A DNA stretch of 47,501 bases, from NCBI GenBank assembly GCA_054600435.1, contig BAAIJX010000096.1:1-47501 (forward strand), written 5' to 3'. The notes beneath the pieces are model-generated. The model made no database searches and was not told the DNA's origin. It was given only the letters and a program-made list of their open reading frames with translations. This DNA comes from Neophaeotheca triangularis (taxonomy: Eukaryota). A program made the translations under genes and the position numbers. Shown here piece after piece: positions 1 through 9,615 of this stretch. Positions within the stretch are counted from its first letter, which is position 1; each line of letters starts with the position of its first letter.

Positions 1-260
1 CCATCACGCCCACCTTCGAGCCATCCATCACGCCAACCTCCGAGCCATCACGCCCACCTTCGAGCCATCCATCACGCCCACCTACGAGCCATCCATCACG
101 CCCACCTTCGAGCCATCCATCACGCCCACCTTCGAGCCATCCATCACGCCCACCTTCGAGCCATCCATCACGCCCACCTTCGAGCCATCCATCACGCCCA
201 CCTTCGAGCCATCCATCACGCCCACCTTCGAGCCATCCATCACGCCCACCTTCGAGCCAT
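1..260. repeat. 24-bp minisatellite (GAGCCATCCATCACGCCCACCTTC), ~11 copies, truncated by the window start
   Basis: Near-perfect tandem copies read directly; one unit near 42-61 lacks 4 bp. Explains the GSKVGVMD repeat ORF. Confidence 0.97.
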
Positions 261-358
261 CATGCCCACCTGGGATCCGCCATGTCCACCTCCGAGTTAC
301 GATGGCCACCCCCGAGTCATCATGCCTACCTGGGATCCGCAATGTCCACCTCCGAGTC
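258..358. repeat. 60-bp-period direct repeat, 2 copies (CATCATGCC[C/T]ACCTGGGATCCGC[C/A]ATGTCCACCTCCGAGT)
   Basis: Copies start at 258 and 318. Confidence 0.9.
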
Positions 359-658
359 CGACCACTTCCGTAACCTACCAACACCTTTCCCAAATAGGTG
401 GCTCACCCACCATGAACAAAGTTACAAAAGCCCCTTCCACACGATGGCTCCCTTTCGATGCATCCCCAAAAAGGGGAGGGGGCAGGAAGGCGGCAATCAA
501 GAGTAAGGAGCAACAGTGGAGCAGTAGGGAGGTCAGAAAGACGCGCGATGTAGTTGCTTTACTATATGCATTAGATATTAGATAACTCGAACAAAATGTT
601 CATTGTCCCCGAGCCAGACCTCCTCGCCTCAAAGAACATAAATGACCGCGGGCATAGC

Positions 659-2350
659 CTAGATGTACCGTCTCCTTTTAACCTCCTCGTGTCGTTCTTC
701 TAGTTCAAGCCTTCGCTTACGCAAAAGCTCTGTGGTTTCCTCGCGTAAATCATCAAGCAACCCTCGCGTACGCCTCTCGTTAGACTCGGCAAGCTTCTTG
801 TCCTTTTCGGCAGCTGAAATACGCGCGGGAAAGTTTTCTCGCTCTGTCTCCAAGCCTGCAACCTCCGCCTGCAACTTCTGCCGCTTAGTGGTGAGTCTAG
901 CGACAGTATTTTTCGCCGTCTCTAGTTGCTGCTTGATTTTCGCGAGATTTTGCTTCGACTCCTGGCGTACCTTTCCGGCGCCGCGCTCTTCTGCTGCGGC
1001 AACGTCCGTGGGGATCGCATCCACTTGCTTTTGAAGGGCGGGAATCGCATTGACTTGCTGTTGCAGGGCGGGAATTCCATTCACTTGCTGTTGTAGGGTT
1101 TGTATCCTATGGTCCTTGGCTTCAAGCGCTTTCCTCTGCTTTTCCTCGTCCGCGCAAAACGCGAACGCCGCGTCCTTGGTATCTTTCACGAGAGATTTTG
1201 TTGCCTCTCGCCGCAGGGTTTCACAGTCCTTTTTAGTCTCCTCGTGTTCGCGGAGATTTTCTGCGTGTTCGTTCTTGATCCGCCCAATTCCCGCGGTCAA
1301 TTCTTTAATGGTCTGCTTGAGCCTCTTGACATCATTTTCGAACGCGGCCTTTTCCTTTTTCTTGGAGTCCTCGAGCGCGGCCATTTCCTTCTCCTTGTTC
1401 TCCTCGAGCGCGGCCATTTCCTTTTTCTTGTTCTCCTCGAGCGCGGCCATTTCCTTCTCCTTGTTCTCCTCGTGTTCGCGGAGGCTTTCTGCGTGTCCGT
1501 CCTTGGTCTGCTTGATTCTCGCGGTCAAATCATCAATAGTCTGCTTGAGATTTCCAACCTCGTTCTCGAGCGTGTCGGTTTTGCCCTTCTGGACCTCCGT
1601 GGACGCGACCATTTCCTTCTGCTTGGAATGCTCTTCTTCGAGCTTCTCTGCGTGTCTCTGCTTGCCTCGCTCGATTTTCCCGGTCAAATCCTCGATGATC
1701 CGGTTAAGCTTCTCCATCTCCTTGGCGCTTTCCTCGCGCTCGGTCTCTGCGGACGCGGCCATTTCCTTCTGCTTGGAATGAAGCTCATCTTTGTATTTCT
1801 GCTTGGTTCGCTCGATTTCCGCGGTCAATCCCTCGATGGTCCGGTTAAGCTTCTCCGTCTCAATGGCGCTTTCCTTGCGCTTGGTCTCTGCGGACGCGGC
1901 CAGTTCTTCGGTCTTGGAATGCTCTTCATTGAGCTTCTTTGCATGTTTCTCTTTCATCTGCTCGATTCCCGCGGTCATTTCCGCAATACTCCGTTGGAGT
2001 TCCTTGGTCTCGGTTATAAACCCTTTAACGACCGCTCGCCTCATCGCGAAACCACATTTGTGTAGTTCATCATGTAATGCTTTCTCGGAATCCAGACATT
2101 GCTTAACACGACCCCTTGCGGCGAATGACTTCGCCGTCTTTACTTGTGCGGCAGCAGATTCCAGAATCGCTTTGGCATTGGATTGTAATAGGGTAGTACT
2201 CGGGGCTTTAGTAGTGTCTGTCGCCTTTCGCCCGTCAAGTTCGACGACTTGTCTCTCGTTATTAGATAGCTGGAGGCCGGCCCCTTGCTTCTTAATGAGA
2301 TGAGCCAGCGAGATCGTGGCAGATGTTGGGGTCGGGATGCTCGCGGGCAT
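659..2350 (-). CDS. Orphan coiled-coil protein (563 aa) built from nested internal repeats
   Basis: Long uninterrupted ORF, good start context (CCGCCACGATG), E/K/A/L-rich helical composition, ~47-50 aa repeats plus 11-aa KEMAALEENKE and 10-aa QQQVNAIPAL repeats. No family recognised. Confidence 0.7.
   Translation of the reverse strand: MPASIPTPTSATISLAHLIKKQGAGLQLSNNERQVVELDGRKATDTTKAPSTTLLQSNAKAILESAAAQVKTAKSFAARGRVKQCLDSEKALHDELHKCGFAMRRAVVKGFITETKELQRSIAEMTAGIEQMKEKHAKKLNEEHSKTEELAASAETKRKESAIETEKLNRTIEGLTAEIERTKQKYKDELHSKQKEMAASAETEREESAKEMEKLNRIIEDLTGKIERGKQRHAEKLEEEHSKQKEMVASTEVQKGKTDTLENEVGNLKQTIDDLTARIKQTKDGHAESLREHEENKEKEMAALEENKKKEMAALEENKEKEMAALEDSKKKEKAAFENDVKRLKQTIKELTAGIGRIKNEHAENLREHEETKKDCETLRREATKSLVKDTKDAAFAFCADEEKQRKALEAKDHRIQTLQQQVNGIPALQQQVNAIPALQKQVDAIPTDVAAAEERGAGKVRQESKQNLAKIKQQLETAKNTVARLTTKRQKLQAEVAGLETERENFPARISAAEKDKKLAESNERRTRGLLDDLREETTELLRKRRLELEERHEEVKRRRYI
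1335..1470. repeat. 33-bp tandem repeat inside the coiled-coil ORF
   Basis: TCCTCGAGCGCGGCCATTTCC at 1368, 1401 and 1434. Confidence 0.9.
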
Positions 2351-2744
2351 CGTGGCGGGTATTCGTTCGACGTGATTGATTCGAGTGGGAGAGACTACAC
2401 CTACACAACGAAGAGACCTACATTTTGATACCTACAATCGTACGGGAAAGAACGAAAATAACTTACCTTGGCGGGGTATGAGGGCTCCAGTCGTGCCTGC
2501 CTCGTTTTTGTGATGTGCTCGACGTTTTCGTGGTGTGTTTATTGATGGGCAAATGGCAGGTGCGATACCCAACCCAAGCTTGCACGCGGACAATCAACAA
2601 TTCCCGCCTACACCTACATACCGTGTACTCGTCCAAATCACACAGTTACCAAGTCTCGTAAACTCATCTTGAAAAGCAATTCCCGCGGAAATCTTTGTGC
2701 CGTTTAATACACCAGCCAAACTGCTCACCTTGCTCACCTTCGCT

Positions 2745-3557
2745 ATGAACTCAATCCAAAACGCGCGTTTTAGCCGCAAGCAAGAGGAGGTGCACGACAA
2801 GATCTTTGCCGAATTGTCGGACATCGAGAAGGGGGATGAGAAAAAGGTCGCCATGAACAACAAGGAGCGAGCTACAATTCCCGCGGTCATGCCCAGAGCG
2901 GTTGTAGCAAAGCCACCAAAGGCGTATACAAGGACGTCCAAGTTTGGCGGCGAGCCGGCGTTGCAAAGGCCGAAGAAGATCAAGAGGACGGCCAAGGATC
3001 TGTTGGACGACCCAATCGATGATGATGATGATGACGATGACGATGAGCCTCCCAAGCGTGAGCCTCCCAAGCAGCAACGACTGCCGTTCCCTGCGAGGGC
3101 GATGCACCGACACCGTCCAGCGATGCCCACGGGCATTCGACCCCCTCCGCCACCACAACCACACCAGCGGCCGCGGTTTATCAACACCAGTGCTGCCGAC
3201 AAGGCCTTGGAAGAATCGGAAAGAATGGTCAAGTACCTCAAGAGGAAGCTGAAACAGGGCGAGGAGGAAAGCGAGCAAAACACCTTGATGCGCATTGAGC
3301 TCCATGGTTTGCCAGAGTTGCAAGAGATGCAGCGCTATCTGCTCTACACCATAGCCATTATCCAGAAGGCGCATCCGGAGATGATGCAAAAGGCGTTCTT
3401 GTTCACCGGGGACGTCTTCGACACGGACCGCTGGGCCAAGTTAGAGGAGCTGAAGGAAAAGGAGTTTTTTGGTATGCATTCAGACTGGCTGCGACGCATG
3501 ATCGACTTTGCGAGGCCGACCAGCATCACTGGGTTGGGCGACGTCAAGAAAGAGTAG
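2745..3557 (+). CDS. Orphan protein (~270 aa) with poly-Asp tract, Pro-rich linker and helical C-terminal domain
   Basis: ORF 2697-3557 with first ATG at 2745; protein-like composition; divergent from the 659-2350 gene. No family recognised. Confidence 0.6.
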   Translation: MNSIQNARFSRKQEEVHDKIFAELSDIEKGDEKKVAMNNKERATIPAVMPRAVVAKPPKAYTRTSKFGGEPALQRPKKIKRTAKDLLDDPIDDDDDDDDDEPPKREPPKQQRLPFPARAMHRHRPAMPTGIRPPPPPQPHQRPRFINTSAADKALEESERMVKYLKRKLKQGEEESEQNTLMRIELHGLPELQEMQRYLLYTIAIIQKAHPEMMQKAFLFTGDVFDTDRWAKLEELKEKEFFGMHSDWLRRMIDFARPTSITGLGDVKKE

Positions 3558-3608
3558 AGTGACTGTCTGGGGTTGGGTGCGTTGGAAGGCGGCTGTAGAT
3601 GGATTCGT

Positions 3609-3750
3609 GATTCCCGCGGGCTCGTTGTCGGTTAGCAGTGGATGGGCTCGCGATTCCCGTGGGCTCGTTGTCGGTTACCAGTAGATAGGCTCGTAGTTCC
3701 CTCGGGTGCGTTGTCGGTCGGCAACGACAGGCTCGTAATTCCCGCGGGTA
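3609..3750. repeat. ~43-bp degenerate tandem repeat (GATTCCCGCGGGCTCGTTGTCGGTTA core), 3-4 copies
   Basis: Cores at 3609, 3652, ~3695 and 3737. Confidence 0.85.
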
Positions 3751-3889
3751 TGTTTCTTCTGTCGGTTTTTGATCTCTCGCGGTGTTCGTCTCATTTCTCC
3801 GTAGGTATCAATGCACGGGGTTGGGCACGCGATGAGTAGGCCGCCGCGATAGACGGTCTGCTGGTGTAGCCCTAGTCGATGCAGGGAGC

Positions 3890-4420
3890 GTGACATGGCG
3901 TCGGGAGGCCACCCAGTCGTCGTGACTTGCAAGCCATTTTGCGCCCGTAATCAACACGGCTAGGCTGGAGATCACGGCGATGAGCAGCGAGCGCGCAAAT
4001 TCGATGGTGGTCGAACAAGACGGGAGATCAGGACTACCGTAGCCAGCAGCGTCGAGCAGATGTAAACTCCATGGCCCACGGATAGCCAAGTGCTCGTTGT
4101 GATTGATCCAGAGAATGTGACATGGCTTTGGGAGGCCACCCGCTCGTTGTGATTGATCCAGAGAATGTGACATGGCTTTGGGAGGCCACCCGCTCGTTGT
4201 GATTGATCCAGAGAATGTGACATGGCTTTGGGAGGCCACCCGCTCGTCGTTATTGATCCAGAGAATGTGACATGGCTTTGGGAGGCCACCCGCTCGTCGT
4301 TATTGATCCAGAGAATGTGACATGGCTTCGGGAGGCCACCCGCTCGTCGTGACTTGCAAACCATCTTGCGCTCGCAATCAACACGACTAAGCTGAAGACA
4401 CCGGTGATGAGCAGCGAGAG
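3890..4420. repeat. Diverged ~100-bp direct repeat pair (3890-3990 vs 4317-4418)
   Basis: GTGACATGGC..GGGAGGCCACCC..TCGTCGTGACTTGCAA.CCAT..TGCGC..G.AATCAACACG.CTA.GCTG.AGA...CGG.GATGAGCAGCGAG occurs in both places. Confidence 0.85.
4091..4350. repeat. 50-bp minisatellite, ~5 near-identical copies
   Basis: GATTGATCCAGAGAATGTGACATGGCTTTGGGAGGCCACCCGCTCGTTGT starting 4101, 4151, 4201, 4251 and 4301. Confidence 0.97.
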
Positions 4421-4687
4421 AAGTACTCGAAGCTTAACGATCAGACGAGAGAGAGAAGTCGGAGCCTCATCAGCAAGATCTGAATTGATGTACCTCGAGT
4501 AGCCATGTAACTACCCTTACCTACCGTCAAAGTACGGCAGGATCCGTGGCCTCTAGACATTCATCAGTCAAACTGCCCTGCCGAACATGTGCAACCCCCA
4601 GTATGCGGAACCAAGACCATTGCCGCTCGCTAGTCATCTCAGTGTAATTCTTTCCACCCGAAGCGATGGCGATGCGATTTGCCAATT

Positions 4688-4878
4688 CACGTGCATGTTG
4701 CAAGGCCATTTCACGAGCGTTTAAAGGCTTTGCATTTCGCACCGGCGTCCAAGACCTTGCGATGGCTCACGTGCATATTGCAAGGCCAGTTCACCAGTGT
4801 CAAAGGCTTTGCATTTCGCACCGGCGTCCAAGACCTTCATGTCAAAGGCTATGCATTTCACACCGGCGTCCAAGACCT
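4688..4878. repeat. Repeat AAAGGCTTTGCATTTCGCACCGGCGTCCAAGACCT (3 copies) plus CACGTGCAT.TTGCAAGGCCA (2 copies)
   Basis: Copies at ~4723, 4802 and 4844; second motif at 4688 and 4768. Confidence 0.9.
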
Positions 4879-5301
4879 CGTCACCGGTTATTCGACTACG
4901 GACCTCGAATACTCAGACGACGAAAGCGTTTCCAAGTGGCAGGGAGGGGGCCCTCGCACGGGCGCTTTGGTTGGCTTGCGGTATGGGCAGTGTCATGTCG
5001 GTTGGCTCGGTAAACGTCACAGTTTCGGACGCTTTAGACTTGTCTGCCCTGGTCATGTGAGTGTCGTTGTCGCGCGATTGTGCGGAGTGAAGCGGTCTTC
5101 CGAACGGCGGCGAAGAGTGTATTCGTTGCCAGAGCGCAAGGCCGTGAAAGATCTTCGATTGCGTTGTAGATCGGATTGTCGCTCCTCATCCGCACGTGGA
5201 CCTACGACAGCAAGCCTGTGCATCGGTCAGTCACCGGGGAGGGCCAGACGACCAGCACATCTCCGGGAGTGACTCTCGGGCTGTCGCAGGCACCGGAATG
5301 G

Positions 5302-5428
5302 TGTAGGAATTTCAAGCATTCTGCAAAGCACCATCCTTCACCCGCTCCTCTTCCTCGCAATCTGATGTAGGGGTTTCAAGCATACTGCACGGCACCATCC
5401 CTCACCCGTTCTTCTTGCTCGCAATCTG
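5302..5428. repeat. Diverged 63-bp tandem duplication overlapping the ACBP gene stop codon
   Basis: 5302-5364 vs 5366-5428 align without gaps, 9 mismatches by manual count. Confidence 0.9.
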
Positions 5429-6552
5429 CGGCATCTTGGGCAGCTGCGGCAGCTTCACCTCCCGACCCGTTACCCTCTGCACCTGCGCCACGGCGTCTCC
5501 CAAAAGCACTCTGATGGCGCCCTCCAGCCGCCGGTCGTCTTTTCTCCGCATGTACAAGACGACAATCCAAAGCAGGACGGTGTTGGCGACAAAGAGCTGA
5601 GTGGCCCACCACCCAAAGCGCAGCATCCAGCCAAAAAGACTGTGCCGTCGCTGCTGCTTGACAAAGCGACTCGATTCCAGCTGCTCGCGCAGTGCAGCCA
5701 CCTCGGTGGTGAGCCTGACAATGCCAGCTTGAACGCTTCTCCGCCACTTCGCATCGTCCGATTGCGACCGCCGCGACCGCCGTGTTGTCCCATCGCCTCG
5801 CTGTACTTCATCCTCCTGCTCGTTGGAAGCCCCTGCATCCTCCGACCTCGACCGCATCTCTTCGGCATCGTACTGTGAGATTGGTGCGTCAACAAACTCC
5901 TCCTCTTCCATCTCCATCGCTTCCTCCTCCTCCTCGTCCTTGTGACTGACCGGACTGAGCACTTGCATGTCCGTCCCCCTCCCTCCACCCGCATTCTCCA
6001 GTGCCGCCGCGCTCGAACTCACGCCCCCGCCCGCTCCAGTCTGCAAGTACCCGCTCCGGTCCAGTTGCTGCAGTGGCGAACTGCGCTCGCTCGAAGCCGG
6101 AAGACTGTTATTCCGCACCTGCTCCCAGACAAACTCCAACTCCTCGACCAGCTCTCTCGCCTCATCGGTTTGCGATGCATACTTGTGCATGGTCGCAATC
6201 AGCTTCTCGATATACCGCCGTTTCGCTTCGGTCCGACTCAGGCCCTCATTCTCCTTCCACGCTTCCCACTTCTCCTGCTCGCGCTCGAGGGTAGTGGATG
6301 AGGCTTCCGGGTGTGTGGAGGTGGTTGGTCGGTCGGAGATGTAGGCGGCGTTGCCTTCCATGCTTTGTTTGTAGAGGCCGTAGAGGGCTAGACGGGCAGA
6401 GGCGGGGGGTTTGCTGGAGCCAGGGCGGATTTTGTTGACGGTATTGAGGGCATGGCCAAAGACGCGATCTGCACGGTACGAGTGAGGGGACATTCCGGCG
6501 CAGGGGATGGGGGTAGGAGTGGATGGGTATGCTTACCTACGGAATCCGCCAT
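5402..6552 (-). CDS. ATG37: Acyl-CoA-binding domain protein with C-terminal TM segment (Atg37/ACBD5-like); exons 6552-6537 and 6468-5402
   Basis: Spliced N-terminus MADSVDRVFGHALNTV (intron GTAAGC..GTGCAG 6536-6469); ACBP motifs LYGLYKQSMEG and EKWEAW..NEGLSRTEAKRRYI; coiled coil then hydrophobic C-terminal stretch. Confidence 0.85.
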
Positions 6553-7007
6553 AATGGTGGTGTGGGAGCTGGGCGTGGGGCGATGTCGCGTTGTTTCTGA
6601 GGATGACAGTCAACTACCAAAAGTTGTAGGTGAGTTCGCAAGGGTAATGCACAATCGATTAGGATATCATTACGAGACGAGGATGAGAGTGTAGAAACAG
6701 AAACGTCCCGTCTGGTTGGACTTGGACATGTCGCGTGAGCTCATCATCCATCCCGAGGTCGTCTTTGTTTGTCCCGTCTCTCCGCGCATGTGAAAGGGCC
6801 GAGAACGTGGCGCATCGCTTTTCCGACTATGGCCATTCTATGCGAGCGAGCAGCATTGGACGGCTCCGCTCCGACCTCACCTCTTCAATTCTACCAACGA
6901 CACATGTATACTTTCGCATCCACGCCCCCGTCAAAGACTCTTGCAACGTTCGGGACGATCGGGAGACGGATATCGTTTGTTCGCCATGTCGGTCACCGAG
7001 ACTATAT

Positions 7008-7960
7008 ATGCCAGTAGCTGCAACCACCTTCAAGGTCGAGGACTCATTCTAGCCTCGAGCGAACAAGTACCTGATGTACACGGGAGTACTTGCCTCTCCT
7101 CTCATCGTTATCAAGGCGCACGATACACGTCTACATGATGACAGCGGCCGACACATCCTGAACTTGATTTCCGGGCAGATGGGCTTTCTCGGCTACTCTC
7201 AGCTTGAGTTGGGCTGCTCGATGGTCGACAGACAGAGCGCTGGCTCTCTTGCTGCCTTGATCATGGAACCCATTCTTTCCACTGGTGGCATTCTCGAGCC
7301 GCCCGTCGGCTTCCTCAAATCGTATGGCTGTGGAGTGCAAAAAGCGAGGGATGTCACTCATCATGCACGAAGCCCAGACTGGTGTTGGTCGCACTAGCCA
7401 CATGTTCGCCCATAAGAATGAAGGTATCGTACCTGACATTCTCGCGCTTTCAAAAACTCTTAGCTGCGGTCTTCCCTTGGCCTCTGTCACTCCCACTGCG
7501 CGAATTGAGCAAGGGTGTAGGGAAGCCAACTTCCTTTGGCTCACCACTCATCTCAACGACCCCCTGACTGCTGCAGTTGGTGCCCAAGTCCTAGACAAAG
7601 TCAAGCGAGACAAATCTGTCAAAAAGCAAATGACCACGGCGCACGATTCCGTACGGCGTACGGGTCTTGACAAACTTCAAGGGAAGTACTCGTGCATTGG
7701 TGAAATCTGAGGCAGGGGACTGCTTCAAGGCGTCGAGACCATCAGTGACCGGGAGACTAGAGCGCCAGGCTCGGACCTTAGTCAAGTAATCAAGCAGTCT
7801 CCGCAGCGGCGATGGCCAATGGGCTCTCGTGCAATATCGTCAATCTGTCTTGCATGGGCAGAGTCTTGCGTCTGGCGCCACCAGTCACCGTCACTCCCGA
7901 CGAGATCGAAGAGGGTCTCGGAATTCTGGACGATTCTTTTGGTGCAGTGTTAACAAAGAG
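7008..7960 (+). pseudogene. Class-III PLP aminotransferase pseudogene, 2,2-dialkylglycine decarboxylase-like
   Basis: Fragments SGQM, DRQSAGSLAALIMEPILSTGG, EAQTGVGRT, PDILALSKTL, LTTHLNDPL and LRLAPPVTV in several frames; TAG at 7050-7052, TGA at 7708-7710, frameshift near 7320, large internal deletion near 7205. Confidence 0.88.
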
Positions 7961-8307
7961 GGGGGCACATGAGTACAGTTGCTTAAACTCTAATTTCAGT
8001 TGTTGCAAGGTACGGGTGAACTTTCTAGCATTTGGCCTTGCGTTCTCCTGCTTCCATCGAAGCGGAGCGCATCGAGACTGGTATCGTCCAAGGTAAGCAG
8101 CAGCGAAGCTACCTAGCTTAACCAAGAGTTTCCACTGCCATGATCTGAGCCGCCACAGACCTTCCCGAGCTTTCGCACAACCTTCTAGTCACAGCAGACC
8201 TTCATTCTGACTACACGTCAATAGGCAGCTTGCTATCTCTCGTAACTTACCCCGTCTCTCGACATTCAGTTTTCTCAATTTACACACCTCTCACTTCGCT
8301 CACAGCC

Positions 8308-9615
8308 ATGTCGTCTACAAACTTCACGGTCCAAACTCACATATTCCCAGGTCAGCATACCCGCCAGTATGCCCACGCCACCCGAGACAACAAAGATGCC
8401 ACCATTCAGCTTCACGCGAAACAGTACACTCCACGAAACAACGCCACACCGAAGCCTGGGGGTGTCACAATCTTGGCCCTTCCAGCTGGCAGCTTCCCGA
8501 AAGAAGTCTTTGAGCCGCTCTGGGACTCACTTCTCGCCCATAGCGACGCAAGCAATTTCACCATTCGCTCCATTTGGTCCCTAGATCCGAGCACGCAAGC
8601 AGCTTCCGGTGTTCTGAACGAAAGGATTCAAGGCGACGACCCCTCTCTCCACGACACAGCCCGAGATCTCTTGTGCATGGTCAACACTTTCCGCACCTCA
8701 ATGCCACAACCCATAATCGGCTTCGGACACTCCGTCGGAGCGACTGGTCTCCTCTCCTTGGCACTCATGCACCCAAATCTGCTGGCCTCCCTTCTCCTCG
8801 TTGACCCAATCAGCGGCCCTAGTATGCTGTGGGCAGGCGCCATGCTCACCTTCAAAGCCTCGACACGTCCAGACCTCTGGCTCACCCGTGAAGCAGCCGA
8901 GACTTATTTCTGCTCCGCGCACGAGGGAAAGTGGGACTTTCGCTGCCTCAAGCTCTTCCTCGAACACGGCCTCCGTGAGACTCCAACGCTACTACACCCT
9001 CAACCAGGGAACATAACACTCACGACGACAAAAGCGCAAGAAGCGTGGAACTACAGCCGAGCCTCTTTCGAAGCCTCGACCCTCAAGCCCAACGATGCCA
9101 TGACCGAGCGACTCAAACGAAAGTACCCAGACCTAGATCTCGACGGCCGGCACGCCATCTTCCGTGGTCTGCCATTCATGAGGCCGGAGGTGATCGATGT
9201 TGATTCCGATCTTCCGCGTGTGAAGCCGGATGTGCTGTACATCTTTCCCGACAAAGGACCTCTGACATCAGGCTACGCCGACAAGATTGCCCGCACCGGG
9301 GTTGAGGCCGGTGGATCAGGCGGTGCGAAAGAGGGTAGAGTGAGTTCGGTGTTGGTAGAGGGTACAGGGCATTTGCTGCCGTTGGAAAAGCCAAATGAAG
9401 TTGGTAGGATTGCAGCGGAGTGGCTAGGAGCCGACTTGGTCAAGTGGAAGCAGAGGAGAACTTTCGAGGCTGCGGAGAGGGACGAGAAGAGCCTGCGCGG
9501 TGAACACATTGCCTTGAGTGAGGAGTGGGTGGAGCAGAGTAAGCTGTTGTACCGGATGATGCAAGAGACGAAGGGAAGTGCAGAGGGTAAGAAGAAGAGG
9601 CGGTCGAAGCTGTGA
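8308..9615 (+). CDS. Peroxisomal alpha/beta hydrolase (Abhydrolase_6, MpaH/LPX1-like)
   Basis: GHSVG nucleophile elbow, GTGHLLPLEKP catalytic His, C-terminal SKL (PTS1); ATG at 8308. Confidence 0.88.
   Translation: MSSTNFTVQTHIFPGQHTRQYAHATRDNKDATIQLHAKQYTPRNNATPKPGGVTILALPAGSFPKEVFEPLWDSLLAHSDASNFTIRSIWSLDPSTQAASGVLNERIQGDDPSLHDTARDLLCMVNTFRTSMPQPIIGFGHSVGATGLLSLALMHPNLLASLLLVDPISGPSMLWAGAMLTFKASTRPDLWLTREAAETYFCSAHEGKWDFRCLKLFLEHGLRETPTLLHPQPGNITLTTTKAQEAWNYSRASFEASTLKPNDAMTERLKRKYPDLDLDGRHAIFRGLPFMRPEVIDVDSDLPRVKPDVLYIFPDKGPLTSGYADKIARTGVEAGGSGGAKEGRVSSVLVEGTGHLLPLEKPNEVGRIAAEWLGADLVKWKQRRTFEAAERDEKSLRGEHIALSEEWVEQSKLLYRMMQETKGSAEGKKKRRSKL

Noticed and set aside
82..393. ORF with GSKVGVMD repeats as a real gene
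   Set aside because: It is a translation of the 24-bp minisatellite with a non-ATG start; no independent support.
1050..2303. Long plus-strand ORFs (1050-1781, 1100-2065, 1791-2303)
   Set aside because: Antisense shadows of the repetitive coiled-coil gene.
2459..2470. U1 snRNA-like ACTTACCT (also near 12410)
   Set aside because: At 2461 it is better read as a minus-strand splice donor; neither site is followed by U1 stem-loops or an Sm site.
4091..4350. CRISPR-like array
   Set aside because: Units are contiguous with no unique spacers, there are no cas genes, and the context is eukaryotic.
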